This document shows positions 39,201 through 50,021 of a stretch of 64,000 bases of DNA, in pieces; the first letter of the stretch is position 1; each line of letters starts with the position of its first letter. The stretch comes from Candidatus Poribacteria bacterium (lineage in GTDB: Bacteria > Poribacteria > WGA-4E > PCPOR2b). The position numbers and the translations under genes are program-made. The notes under the pieces were generated by a model that was not told where the DNA came from, did no database searches, and saw nothing but the letters and a program-made list of their open reading frames with translations. The DNA is taken from assembly GCA_965215015.1 (NCBI GenBank), contig OZ244042.1, positions 5,568,001-5,632,000 of the forward strand, given 5' to 3'.

Positions 39201-40685
39201 ATGAATCTAAATCAACTCTACTATGGCGACAATCTAGACATTTTACGAACCCACATCCCCGACGAAAGCGTCGATCTCATCTACATTGATCCGCCGTTCA
39301 ACTCGAATCAAGCGTACAACGTGATTTTCAGCGAAGCGGATGGATCGTCATCACAGGCGCAGATTCAAGCTTTTGAGGATACATGGCGTTGGGGTGAAAC
39401 CACAGAGCAGGCATATCATGAGTTGGTCGGGACCGCGCCACCCCTTCTGGTTGAGACAATCAAGAGTTTTCGGGGCTTCCTTACAGAGACCAACCTGATG
39501 GCGTACCTCGTGATGATGGCGTTGCGATTGGTGGAGCTCCACCGCGTCCTGAAGCCGACGGGGAGTTTTTATCTCCATTGCGACCCGACAGCATCGCATT
39601 ATCTGAAGATTATCTTGGATCAGATTTTTGGCGTTGAGAATTTTCGGAATGAAATTGTGTGGTGCTACAAGAGGTGGCCTTCAAAACAGACCAACTTTCA
39701 GAAAATGCACGACGTTATTCTGAGATATGGGAAATCCGAAGATATTATCTGGAATCAACTTTACGATGACTTTACGGAACAAACAAAAAAGCGAATAAAA
39801 GGTGCAAAAAAGATTGAGCATTATGTAGGTAAGTCTGGCAAAGTACTGATACGCCCTACTAACGAAGTCTCTCCCGGTGTTGCAATGTGTGACTATTGGA
39901 ATATCCCTATGATAGCAGGGCAGGCAAAAGAACGTCTCGGCTATCCCACCCAAAAGCCGGAAGCTCTGCTCAAACGGATTATCAAAGCGTCCTCGAATGA
40001 GGGAGATGTCGTCCTTGATGCGTTTTGTGGATGTGGAACAGCTATCGCTGTTGCTCAACGGCTTAACCGTCGGTGGATTGGAGTTGACATCACCCACCTT
40101 GCTGTTGCTTTATTGAAATATCGCCTTGCCGATACCTTTGGTGATGATGTGAAATACGAAATCATCGGTGAACCAAAAGACACAGCAAGCGCGAAGGCTC
40201 TAGCGGTTCAAGATCGGTATCAATTCCAGTGGTGGGCGTTGAGTCTGATTCGAGCGAGACCTTATCAAGGAAAAAAGAAGGGCGCAGACGAGGGGGTGGA
40301 TGGGGTAATCTATTATGAAGATGTTGACCCGGACAACCCGAAAAAGACACTCACCCGGAAGATTGTCGTTCAGGTCAAAAGCGGAAAGGTCTCTGTCAGG
40401 GATATACGGGAACTGAAATCGGTTGTCGAGACCCAAGACGCTGTCATCGGGGTCTTTATCACGCTGAACCCGCCGACCCAACCGATGGTCAAGGCAGCGG
40501 CGGCAGCGGGTCGTTTTCAATGGCTTCATGTCAATCATACGACATATCCAAAGATTCAGATTCGGACGATTGAGGAGCTGCTTTCGGGACACGGTATCGA
40601 ATATCCGCAGACACCTGTTGATGTCACATTCCGCAGGGCAGAGCGAGCAGCCCTCCAAAGTCAGCAACTTGAAATAGAGACATGA
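39201..40685 (+). CDS. Beta-class amino-DNA methyltransferase fused to a C-terminal Mrr-like endonuclease domain, copy 1
   Basis: DPPF, YPTQKP and DAFCGCGT motifs; C-terminal GADEGVDG…VQVKSG. Confidence 0.9.
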   Translation: MNLNQLYYGDNLDILRTHIPDESVDLIYIDPPFNSNQAYNVIFSEADGSSSQAQIQAFEDTWRWGETTEQAYHELVGTAPPLLVETIKSFRGFLTETNLMAYLVMMALRLVELHRVLKPTGSFYLHCDPTASHYLKIILDQIFGVENFRNEIVWCYKRWPSKQTNFQKMHDVILRYGKSEDIIWNQLYDDFTEQTKKRIKGAKKIEHYVGKSGKVLIRPTNEVSPGVAMCDYWNIPMIAGQAKERLGYPTQKPEALLKRIIKASSNEGDVVLDAFCGCGTAIAVAQRLNRRWIGVDITHLAVALLKYRLADTFGDDVKYEIIGEPKDTASAKALAVQDRYQFQWWALSLIRARPYQGKKKGADEGVDGVIYYEDVDPDNPKKTLTRKIVVQVKSGKVSVRDIRELKSVVETQDAVIGVFITLNPPTQPMVKAAAAAGRFQWLHVNHTTYPKIQIRTIEELLSGHGIEYPQTPVDVTFRRAERAALQSQQLEIET

Positions 40686-40863
40686 TAACCTCGTGGCTAT
40701 CTATTTGGAGAAGCCGGGTTTTGTCAGGTTCTCCTACTGCTAATGAACAACAGAAGTCACAATGAGGTAAAGATTTGTTTAGACGTTGTGCCTTTGCAAC
40801 CTGGCGTTAAATTCTGCTTCGTTCTCCCGTTTTTCCGAATTGCAACAGATAAAGAGCTAGCCG

Positions 40864-42501
40864 ATGAATCTGAATCAACTCTACTATGGCGACAATCTAG
40901 ACATTTTACGAACCCACATCCCCGACGAAAGCGTCGATCTCATCTACATTGATCCGCCGTTCAACTCAAATCAAGCGTACAACGTGATTTTCAGCGAAGC
41001 GGATGGCTCGTCGTCGCAGGCGCAGATTCAAGCTTTTGAGGATACATGGCGTTGGGGTGAAACCACCGAGCAGGCATATCATGAATTGGTCGTGACCGCG
41101 CCACCCCTTCTGGTTGAGACAATCAAGAGTTTTCGGGGCTTCCTTACAGAGACCAACCTGATGGCGTACCTCGTGATGATGGCGTTGCGATTGGTGGAGC
41201 TCCACCGCGTCCTGAAGCCGACGGGGAGTTTTTATCTCCATTGCGACCCGACAGCATCGCATTATCTGAAGATTATCTTGGATCAGATTTTTGGCGTTGA
41301 GAATTTTCGGAATGAGATTGTGTGGGAAAGAACTAATGCTCATAACATGAAAGCAAGGTACTACTCTAAAATCCATGACTTACTTCTGTTTTACTCTAAA
41401 CGCGATGACTATACTTGGAATAAACAGTACACCGAATATTCAGACGCACAATTATCCCGTTATAAAACAGATGAGGCTGGACGCCTTTACACAGGTCGAG
41501 ACTTAACAATGTCGACAGTAATGGAGAGTCGAAACTTTGAATGGAGAGGTGCCCGACCCCCTTCTCATCGAAGTTGGGGGGCATCATTAGAACAGTTGGA
41601 GAAATGGTATGCGGAGGAACGAATACTACTGAAGAAAGATGGAATCCCGCGACTTGACGGGTTAAAAGTGTATCTTGATGAACTTCCGGGAAAACAGATA
41701 CCTTCAATTTGGAATGATATTCCACGAATTGGAAACACTAGCAAAGAACGCCTTGGTTACCCCACGCAGAAACCACTTGCATTGCTAGAACGTATCATCA
41801 AGACATCATCTAACGAAGGTGATGTGGTGCTCGATGCCTTTGCTGGTTGTGGCACAACGATTGAAGCGGCTGCGACATTAAATCGCCAATGGATTGGGGT
41901 TGACATTACCCATCTTGCTGTTGCTTTATTGAAATACCGCCTTGCTGACACCTTTGGTGACGATGTGAAATATGAAATCATCGGTGAACCAAAAGACACA
42001 GCAAGCGCGAAGGCTCTAGCGGTTCAAGATCGGTATCAATTCCAGTGGTGGGCGTTGAGTCTGATTCGAGCCAGACCTTATCAAGGAAAAAAGAAGGGCG
42101 CAGACGAGGGGGTGGATGGGGTAATCTATTATGAAGATGTTGACCCGGACAACCCGAAAAAGACACTCACCCAGAAGATTGTCGTTCAGGTCAAAAGCGG
42201 GAAGGTCTCTGTCAGGGATATACGGGAACTGAAATCGGTTGTCGAAACCCAAGACGCTGTCATCGGGGTCTTTATCACGCTGAACCCCCCGACTCAACCG
42301 ATGGTCAAGGCAGCGGCGGCAGCGGGTCGTTTTCAATGGCTTCATGTCAATCACACGACATATCCAAAGATTCAGATTCGGACGATTGAGGAGCTGCTTT
42401 CGGGACACGGTATCGAATATCCGCAGACACCTGTTGATGTCACATTCCGCAGGGCAGAGCGAGCAGCCCTCCAAAGTCAGCAACTTGAAATAGAGACATG
42501 A
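40864..42501 (+). CDS. Beta-class amino-DNA methyltransferase/Mrr-like fusion, copy 2 (different central segment)
   Basis: Near-identical to copy 1 at both ends, 51 aa longer centre; DPPF and DAFAGCGT motifs. Confidence 0.9.
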   Translation: MNLNQLYYGDNLDILRTHIPDESVDLIYIDPPFNSNQAYNVIFSEADGSSSQAQIQAFEDTWRWGETTEQAYHELVVTAPPLLVETIKSFRGFLTETNLMAYLVMMALRLVELHRVLKPTGSFYLHCDPTASHYLKIILDQIFGVENFRNEIVWERTNAHNMKARYYSKIHDLLLFYSKRDDYTWNKQYTEYSDAQLSRYKTDEAGRLYTGRDLTMSTVMESRNFEWRGARPPSHRSWGASLEQLEKWYAEERILLKKDGIPRLDGLKVYLDELPGKQIPSIWNDIPRIGNTSKERLGYPTQKPLALLERIIKTSSNEGDVVLDAFAGCGTTIEAAATLNRQWIGVDITHLAVALLKYRLADTFGDDVKYEIIGEPKDTASAKALAVQDRYQFQWWALSLIRARPYQGKKKGADEGVDGVIYYEDVDPDNPKKTLTQKIVVQVKSGKVSVRDIRELKSVVETQDAVIGVFITLNPPTQPMVKAAAAAGRFQWLHVNHTTYPKIQIRTIEELLSGHGIEYPQTPVDVTFRRAERAALQSQQLEIET

Positions 42502-42636
42502 TAACCTCGTGGCTATCTATTTGGAGAAGCCGGGTTTTGTCAGGTTCTCCTACTGGTAATGAACAACAAATGTAGGGGTAGGTCTTATGCCTGCCCTACG
42601 ATAGGATAGCAACACCGTTCATTTCCCGAAAGGGTA

Positions 42637-43282
42637 ATGAGCCACATGAAAAAACGGCGAACACAACAATGGCTCCAAGAGATTTATAAGCATCCAAAGC
42701 GGTATGAAGCCAAGGTGGTTATCATTTTGAACGATGCCCAGATTGTGGGTATTGCTGAGGATTTTACAGAGGCAAAGCGCAAACGAGAGCAGTTAGCTGC
42801 TTCCTCTCCACCGATCTATGACAGGAAGATGACGCTTTTTCTTGTTCATCGGCAGGTCAAGCAGGTACGGATTCGTACATTATGCCTCCGCAGTCTCAGA
42901 GAAGATTTGTGGGAACCTGTATATCCTGTGAGTTAGCAAACAAATAACGGAGAGATTCAGGACTGCGAAATGTTAATTGACTCCGGAGCAGGCATCAGCC
43001 TGATTCCATTCCATACGGGTAGGTTGCTTGGCTTATCTCGTAGTAATAAAGAAATACTATCATTTGCACAAGGTATTAGGTGGGGAAGTTAGCTATTTGC
43101 TGCGGAGAATTTGTCTGGCGATTGATGGGCATCCCGTCAACGCAATGGTTGCTTGGTGTCAAGATGAAGCCATTGAGGACATGATTGTGGGCAGACAAGA
43201 TGTTTTTAATGCTTTTCACATTGAGTTTAGGCAGAACGAGAGACGAATAATATTCAAACCTGTTGAGGATAAGGAAGATTAA
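42637..43282 (+). pseudogene. Retropepsin-like (clan AA) aspartic protease with N-terminal DUF5678-like domain, disrupted
   Basis: Reading through TAG 42934-42936 gives MLIDSGAGISLIP…FAQGI; after a frameshift near 43077 it continues GGEV…IVGRQDVF. Confidence 0.7.
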
Positions 43283-43286
43283 TCCA

Positions 43287-44465
43287 ATGAAGGCAATTCT
43301 CGCATTAGCAGATGGAACAATCTTTGAAGGCGAACATTTCGGCGCGACGGGGGAAACCGTCGGTGAGGTAGTCTTTAACACCAGTATGACCGGCTACCAA
43401 GAAATCCTCACTGATCCATCCTACAAGGGGCAGATCGTCACGATGACCTATCCGCTAATCGGAAACTACGGCTGCAACGAGATCGATGTCGAATCAATTC
43501 GACCGCAAGCGGAAGGGTTCGTTGTGCGTGAATATAGTGCGTACCAAAGCAATTGGCGTTCACAGTCCAACCTTGGTAGCTACCTCGAAGCCAATGGGAT
43601 TATCGGCATCCACGATATTGACACGCGCGCGTTGACCAAGCGGCTCAGAGTACATGGCGTTATGGATGGTGTACTTTCGACGGAAGCCCTTGACCCTCAA
43701 AGCTTAGTTGCCAAAGCGCAGGCGTGGCACGGGTTGGTTGGTGCGGATATGGTTCAGCACGTGACGTGCCCCAATCCGTACTTATGGGAGACACGCGCCC
43801 CCGAATCGAGCACTCTGACGGACTTAACCTCCGCCGCCGATGATAAGAACTCCCAACTCACCATTGACTTTGGCACCGCGGAGATTGAGGCACCGTCAAC
43901 GCCGCAATTCCGTGTTATTGCGATGGATTTCGGGATCAAATATAACATCTTACGCCAATTTGCCGAACACGGTTGTCAGGTGCAAGTTGTTCCGGCGCAC
44001 ACTTCCGCAGCAGATATTCTCGCCGCAGATCCAGATGGTATTTTCTTATCCAACGGCCCCGGCGATCCGGAGCCGATTGAATATGGCATCAAGACGATTC
44101 AGCAGTTGGTTGGAGTGAAGCCGACCTTTGGTATCTGTTTGGGGCATCAATTGTTGGGACTTGCATTCGGCGGAAAGACCTTCAAACTCAAGTTTGGACA
44201 TCGCGGCGCGAATCAACCTGTTAAACGATTTGACACAGATCAGGTCGAAATCACCTCACAAAATCACGGTTTCTGCGTGGACATTGACTCATTGCCAAGC
44301 ACTGTAGAGGTGACGCATATCAACCTGAATGATCAGACCCTTGAAGGGATGGAACACAGAGAATATCCAATCTTCTCTGTGCAATACCATCCGGAAGCGT
44401 CTCCCGGGCCTCATGACGCGAGTTATCTTTTTAAGAAGTTTACAGATATGATGCGTAAGACGTGA
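43287..44465 (+). CDS. carA: Carbamoyl-phosphate synthase small subunit
   Basis: GEVVFNT, SNGPGDP, GICLGHQ and QYHPEA motifs. Confidence 0.97.
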   Translation: MKAILALADGTIFEGEHFGATGETVGEVVFNTSMTGYQEILTDPSYKGQIVTMTYPLIGNYGCNEIDVESIRPQAEGFVVREYSAYQSNWRSQSNLGSYLEANGIIGIHDIDTRALTKRLRVHGVMDGVLSTEALDPQSLVAKAQAWHGLVGADMVQHVTCPNPYLWETRAPESSTLTDLTSAADDKNSQLTIDFGTAEIEAPSTPQFRVIAMDFGIKYNILRQFAEHGCQVQVVPAHTSAADILAADPDGIFLSNGPGDPEPIEYGIKTIQQLVGVKPTFGICLGHQLLGLAFGGKTFKLKFGHRGANQPVKRFDTDQVEITSQNHGFCVDIDSLPSTVEVTHINLNDQTLEGMEHREYPIFSVQYHPEASPGPHDASYLFKKFTDMMRKT

Positions 44466-44587
44466 TGTGTGAAACGTGAGAAATAAAACAACGCAATACT
44501 GCAATGAGGTAAAGGGAAAGAAGAAAAAAATCCTTGCGCCTTTACGTTAAATTCTGTTTTGATAACAATACGATAAGGTTATTTACC

Positions 44588-47500
44588 ATGCCAAAGCGAA
44601 CTGACATCGAAAAGATTTTAATCATCGGCTCCGGTCCGATTATTATCGGTCAAGCCTGCGAGTTTGACTATTCGGGCACCCAGGCGTGTAAATCCTTGAA
44701 GGAGGAGGGGTATGAAGTTGTCCTTGTCAACAGCAATCCGGCAACGATTATGACGGACACGGAGCTTGCAGACCGAACCTATGTTGAACCAATCGGGGCG
44801 GATATCGCCGAAAAAATTATTGCTAAAGAACGCCCCCAAGCCCTACTCCCAACTTTGGGCGGACAGACCGGGTTGAATGTCTCTGTTGAGCTGGCGGAAT
44901 CGGGGGCACTGGATAAATACGGGGTTGAGTTAATTGGGGCGAAACTTCACGCCATCCAGAAGGCGGAAGATCGAGAGTTGTTCAAAAAGGCGATGGTGCA
45001 CATTGGTTTGGCAGTGCCAAAAAGCGGGATTGCCCATTCGTTTGATGATACCATTGCTATTATTGATGAGATCGGTTACCCAGCGATTATCCGGCCAGCA
45101 TTTACACTCGGTGGCACCGGCGGCGGAATTGCTTACAATATCGAAGAGTTTCGGGAGATGGTCGAGTACGGATTGGGGTTGAGCCCGGTCAACGAGGTGT
45201 TAATCGAAGAATCGGTGATTGGTTGGAAAGAGTTTGAGCTTGAGGTGATGCGGGATGGAACGGATAACGTCGTGATTATCTGCTCCATTGAGAATTTTGA
45301 TCCGATGGGAGTTCACACCGGGGATAGCATTACGGTTGCACCCGCTCAGACCTTGACGGACAAAGAATATCAACAGATGCGGGATGCGGCGATTAAGATT
45401 ATTCGTGAAATTGGTGTGGACACCGGTGGTTCAAATATCCAGTTTGCGGTCGATCCAGCAACAGGGAAACAGGTTGTGATTGAAATGAACCCGCGGGTCT
45501 CTCGAAGTTCTGCGCTTGCCTCGAAAGCGACCGGATTTCCAATAGCAAAGATTGCAGCAAAGCTGGCCGTCGGATACACGCTCGACGAGCTCCCCAACGA
45601 TATTACGCGCAAAACCCCCGCATCGTTTGAACCGACCATTGATTACGTTGTGACAAAGATTCCGCGTTGGGCGTTTGAGAAATTCGCCGGTACTGACGAA
45701 ACGCTGACTACGATGATGAAGTCCGTGGGTGAGGCGATGGCAATCGGACGGACATTCAAGGAATCCTTGCAGAAAGGGCTGAGATCTTTAGAAAACGGTT
45801 GGGCAGGACTCGACAGCACCCCCATTGAGAAATTGCCGATCTCGGAGCTACCACAGAAGTTGGCCATCCCCAATATGAAGCGCATCCTTTACATAAAACA
45901 GGCTTTCCAAAGCGGAATGAATATCGATCAGATTCACGGATATACGCAAATCGATCCATTTTTCCTGTATAATATAAAGGAGATTCTTGATCTTGAGGAG
46001 AAAATTCGGAAAGTCGGAAGCGAAAGCAGGCTGGACGCTCTGGATATCTCTCAGCTGCCTGATTGGTCCCTTTCCCTGCTCCGCAAGGCAAAGCAGTACG
46101 GCTTTTCGGATCGCCAGATAGGAGAGCTTTGGGACGCTTCTGAAACAAGTATCCGAGGCCTGCGGAAGGAACATGGGATTGAAGCGACGTTTAAGACAGT
46201 GGATACATGTGCTGCGGAATTTGAGGCGGAGACGCCTTACTACTACTCTACCTACAGCATGGAGGATGAGGTACGACCTAGCCAGAAGAAGAAGATTCTA
46301 ATTTTGGGTAGCGGTCCGAATCGGATTGGTCAGGGAATTGAGTTTGATTACTGTTGTGTTCACGCTGCACTCGCGCTTAAAGAGGATAACTATGAGACCA
46401 TTATGGTTAACAGCAATCCCGAGACCGTGAGCACGGATTATGATACCTCGGATCGGCTCTATTTTGAACCGCTCACACACGAAAATGTGTTGAACATCGT
46501 TGATCGGGAAAAGCCGGACGGGGTTATTGTGCAGCTCGGTGGTCAAACGCCCCTGAATCTGGCACTCGGACTCCAGAAAGCGGGTGTTCCGATTATAGGA
46601 ACAAGCCCAGAGGACATTGCGAGATCGGAGGATCGGAAGCAGTTTACAGAGTTGCTTGATGGACTTGGCTTGAAGCAGCCTCCAAATGGTACGGCAACTT
46701 CAGCCAAAGCAGCGAAGCCGATTGCCGCGGCACTTGGATACCCGGTTATGGTGCGTCCTTCGTACGTTTTGGGGGGACGGGCAATGCAGATTGTGTATGA
46801 TCAGGAGGCTTTGGAGGCATATATGGATTCGGCGGTCGCAGCCTCGCCGGAGCATCCTGTGCTGATTGACAAGTATGTGGAGGACGCGATTGAGGTTGAC
46901 GTTGATGCGATTTCTGACGGGAATCTTACCGTCGTCGGCGGCATTATGGAACATATCGAAGAGGCAGGAATCCACTCTGGCGACAGCGACTGTGTATTGC
47001 CGCCTTACACCCTTGTTGAAGAACAGATTGATGCGCTCAAGGAGTATACTGACGCGCTTGCGAAGGCACTCAACGTGCGTGGACTGATGAATATACAGTA
47101 TGCGATAAAAAACGATGAGATTTATGTGCTGGAGGTCAACCCGCGGGCGTCGCGAACTGTGCCGTTTGTGAGCAAAACCATTGGGGTCCCGTTGGCAAAG
47201 CTCGCCGCTCGCATCATGACGGGACACACCCTTGAAGAGCTTGGATTTACTCAGGAGATTGAGCCGGATTATTTTTCAGTGAAAGCACCCGTGTTTCCGT
47301 TCAATCGCTTTCCGGGGGCAAGTTCTCAACTCGGTCCTGAGATGAAATCAACGGGTGAAGTGATGGGGATTGATACAGATCTGAGCATCGCCTTTGCCAA
47401 AGCACAACAGGCGGTAGGCTATGGCTTACCTCTCGGTGGTCATGCATTTATCAGCGTCAAAAATAAGGATAAACGTGCCATTATCTTCATCGCCAAAAAA

Positions 47501-47842
47501 CTGGTTGATATGGGCTTTCAACTGATCGCTACGCACGGCACAGCGAAGGTGCTTCGTCGGAACGGCATGGAGGTGACGCTGGTTCATAGTATCGGCAAAG
47601 GGCGTCCGACCATTCACGATTATGTCAAAAACCACGCCGTTGACCTGATTATCAATACACCGACTGGATATGCTCATCGTCCAAATGAGGAATTAATTCG
47701 GCAGATGGCAATTGATTATGGGATTACCCTATTTTCTACAATCGCCGGGGCGTCAGCGGCAATCAGTGGCATCGATGCGCTCCGCCGTGGCGAGATTACT
47801 GTAACTCCATTACAAGATTATTACGTGAAACATGGAGCGTGA
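44588..47842 (+). CDS. carB: Carbamoyl-phosphate synthase large subunit
   Basis: MPKRTDI…[10 protein letters not shown] start, duplicated ATP-grasp halves and MGS domain. Confidence 0.98.
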   Translation: MPKRTDIEKILIIGSGPIIIGQACEFDYSGTQACKSLKEEGYEVVLVNSNPATIMTDTELADRTYVEPIGADIAEKIIAKERPQALLPTLGGQTGLNVSVELAESGALDKYGVELIGAKLHAIQKAEDRELFKKAMVHIGLAVPKSGIAHSFDDTIAIIDEIGYPAIIRPAFTLGGTGGGIAYNIEEFREMVEYGLGLSPVNEVLIEESVIGWKEFELEVMRDGTDNVVIICSIENFDPMGVHTGDSITVAPAQTLTDKEYQQMRDAAIKIIREIGVDTGGSNIQFAVDPATGKQVVIEMNPRVSRSSALASKATGFPIAKIAAKLAVGYTLDELPNDITRKTPASFEPTIDYVVTKIPRWAFEKFAGTDETLTTMMKSVGEAMAIGRTFKESLQKGLRSLENGWAGLDSTPIEKLPISELPQKLAIPNMKRILYIKQAFQSGMNIDQIHGYTQIDPFFLYNIKEILDLEEKIRKVGSESRLDALDISQLPDWSLSLLRKAKQYGFSDRQIGELWDASETSIRGLRKEHGIEATFKTVDTCAAEFEAETPYYYSTYSMEDEVRPSQKKKILILGSGPNRIGQGIEFDYCCVHAALALKEDNYETIMVNSNPETVSTDYDTSDRLYFEPLTHENVLNIVDREKPDGVIVQLGGQTPLNLALGLQKAGVPIIGTSPEDIARSEDRKQFTELLDGLGLKQPPNGTATSAKAAKPIAAALGYPVMVRPSYVLGGRAMQIVYDQEALEAYMDSAVAASPEHPVLIDKYVEDAIEVDVDAISDGNLTVVGGIMEHIEEAGIHSGDSDCVLPPYTLVEEQIDALKEYTDALAKALNVRGLMNIQYAIKNDEIYVLEVNPRASRTVPFVSKTIGVPLAKLAARIMTGHTLEELGFTQEIEPDYFSVKAPVFPFNRFPGASSQLGPEMKSTGEVMGIDTDLSIAFAKAQQAVGYGLPLGGHAFISVKNKDKRAIIFIAKKLVDMGFQLIATHGTAKVLRRNGMEVTLVHSIGKGRPTIHDYVKNHAVDLIINTPTGYAHRPNEELIRQMAIDYGITLFSTIAGASAAISGIDALRRGEITVTPLQDYYVKHGA

Positions 47843-47957
47843 AGTGTGAAACGTGAAGAGGTAGAAGGAAATCCGGAGATAATTCTTGGGAAATTTTATA
47901 GCACGTTCTTAACTCTAGCAATATAGCATATTACATATTTGTAGGAAGGAGACAAAT

Positions 47958-48761
47958 ATGGCAACTAATCAGGTCGAGAGAAATCAGGTGGAAAGAAATA
48001 CACGTCTGGTTCGTGCGCTTGATGAGATTTTGGATAGTTTAGCGTTTGATGTGGCTCACCCAATAAAGGTTCTAAAGTTGGCGGATGGGAAAGAAGTTGT
48101 TGTTGTGCAATCAAATGCGTTCACAATTTCACGCATCTACACGTCGGGACGCCCCGATGGCAAGAGACCCCATGGGCGAGAATCCTACTATGCGTATTTC
48201 TGCGAACAACTTGAAGATTATAAGCAGCAGCATGGTAGCGATGAGGGGTTTGGTTTAACACCGGATGATTGGCATGTTTTATTCCGAGAATCCTATGATA
48301 GGTATACCCGTTATCTGTTGTTCGCGGGGATTAAACGCTGGGCAGATGTCAAACGCGACACCGACACGAACCTTGCCGTTACAAATATGGGAAAGAAATA
48401 TGCCCCTTCTGAGATTGCGTGGGAAAGCTATCAATATAAGGGCTATATGCTCATGATGAACAGCATGGCGAACGCTGAACTTTGCCTGATGGCGGACGAC
48501 GGACAAAGTGCATTGGAGCAGGTTGATTTAGGAATTCAACGCATTGGGAAATTCTGTGGTGAGTGTTTGCGTGAGAACTATGGAGATGCGGAAAACATTA
48601 CCCGTGAACGTTATTTGAGTAACCTAATTGAGTTTCGGTCAGATCTTGAAGAGGTGGAAGAGGTGCTAGAGGGAGAACGGGAGGCCCTCGAAAATGAGAA
48701 CGATGATGTGGATTTTCTAGAGGAGTTGGAAGAACTTTTGAATGAGGAGAACACCAATTAA
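47958..48761 (+). CDS. Conserved hypothetical protein with GRPDG.RPHG motif and acidic tail
   Basis: AGGAG RBS; motif recalls PVC-phylum 'UvrB/UvrC motif' proteins, but no UVR coil is evident. Confidence 0.6.
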   Translation: MATNQVERNQVERNTRLVRALDEILDSLAFDVAHPIKVLKLADGKEVVVVQSNAFTISRIYTSGRPDGKRPHGRESYYAYFCEQLEDYKQQHGSDEGFGLTPDDWHVLFRESYDRYTRYLLFAGIKRWADVKRDTDTNLAVTNMGKKYAPSEIAWESYQYKGYMLMMNSMANAELCLMADDGQSALEQVDLGIQRIGKFCGECLRENYGDAENITRERYLSNLIEFRSDLEEVEEVLEGEREALENENDDVDFLEELEELLNEENTN

Positions 48762-48898
48762 GTTCCAGCACGGAGTTACGCACTTCAGTAGGGAACACCG
48801 ATCGTTGTTCCCTATGGATACTTAATAGTACACCTATTGTAGTTGCCCGATTCATCGGGCGTCGTATGGTCCGGTGATTCATCACCGAGGATACCATT

Positions 48899-49637
48899 TA
48901 CATAGTTCGTAAAGTTGATTGAACTGGTAAACCTTTGTCTGAATCAGGAGACTCAGGATTGAAGGATTGACAGGATAAAAACCGTGAAGTTGACTATGAC
49001 ACTGATAGAGGGGCATGGGGGTTGCTATACCTACATAGCCCTGCCCCGATACGGGATTCAAACCAACTGGATGGACAAGAGGCCCGACCTAAAAGTTGAT
49101 TGAACTGATAAACCTTTGTCTGAATCAGGAGACTCAGGATTGAAGGATTGACAGGATAAAAACCGTGAAGTTGACTATGACACTGATAGAGGGGCATGGG
49201 GGTTGCTATACCTACATCGCCCTGCCCCGATACGGGATTCAAACCAACTGGACGGGCAAGAGGCCCGACCTAAAAGTTGATTGAACTGGTAAACCTTTGT
49301 CTGAATCAGGAGACTCAGGATTGAAGGATTGACAGGATAAAAACCGTGAAGTTGACTATGACACTGATAGAGGGGCATGGGGGTTGCTATGCCTACATCG
49401 CCCTGCCCCGATACGGGATTCAAACCAACTGGAGCAATGGGTCGCTACGGGTATGATACCCAATGATAGCACTTCCGGCGTTTCAAGTCCATCGGGACCT
49501 AGAAACGCCGATCCCGTTCCGATGAATCAGAGGAATCCTTGACGAGTCGGGAGATTTAGAGCAATATGCCTACTACATAGTTCGTAAAGTTGATTGAACT
49601 GGTAAACCTTTGTCTGAATCAGGAGACTCAGGATTAT
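48899..49637. repeat. 181-bp tandem repeat array (2 full units, one ~160-bp unit, one detached ~60-bp unit)
   Basis: Units start at 48911, 49092 and 49273; 49574-49637 repeats 48899-48960; few substitutions between units. Confidence 0.95.
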
Positions 49638-49755
49638 GGGACTCAAGTTGACACCCAAAGGACAAGAAAGGTCCGAGAAGCGTACATCATTTACTTTCAA
49701 GACTGACAACTTCTCAGAAATGTAACGCATCTGATTAATATTTAGATCATTGGAC

Positions 49756-49793
49756 TTATGAGCACCCCTCACGTAAATGAGGGGTGCTCATAA
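49756..49793. repeat. Perfect inverted repeat formed by MITE-like termini
   Basis: TTATGAGCACCCCTCA-CGTAAA-TGAGGGGTGCTCATAA; same termini at 57414 and 57560. Confidence 0.7.
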
Positions 49794-50021
49794 TTATTGT
49801 CTGAATCGCAGATTAAACTGATGACGCAGATTGCACGGATGCAGATAAGGGGCTCAGGTACTAGATGCCCACCGACGGGGTGAGGGATATTTTATTCCCC
49901 ATTCGGGTTGGGAGTTTAATGGAAGTTGCGTGTTAGCCAAGCAACATGCCGTAACGGTCTACCTGTGTGAAACGTGAGAAGCAGAACGAGGTCCCCCTAC
50001 GATTACTCAGGGCACCCCCGC

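Larger units (their letters stand above)
39184..42568 (+). repeat. Tandem direct duplication (39184-40752 and 40847-42568)
   Basis: Shared upstream AGATAAAGAGCTAGCC, gene ends and ~65 bp downstream (TAACCTCGTGGCTATC…AATGAACAACA). Confidence 0.92.

Noticed and set aside
39201-42501. Diversity-generating retroelement or invertase shufflon
   Set aside because: No reverse transcriptase or recombinase nearby, differences are not adenine-specific, and the repeats are direct rather than inverted
48994-49423. Two 82-aa ORFs inside the tandem repeat
   Set aside because: They are by-products of the repeat unit, overlap each other and have no recognisable motif or RBS
48899-49637. CRISPR array
   Set aside because: Units are 181 bp and nearly identical throughout, with no unique spacers and no cas genes in the window
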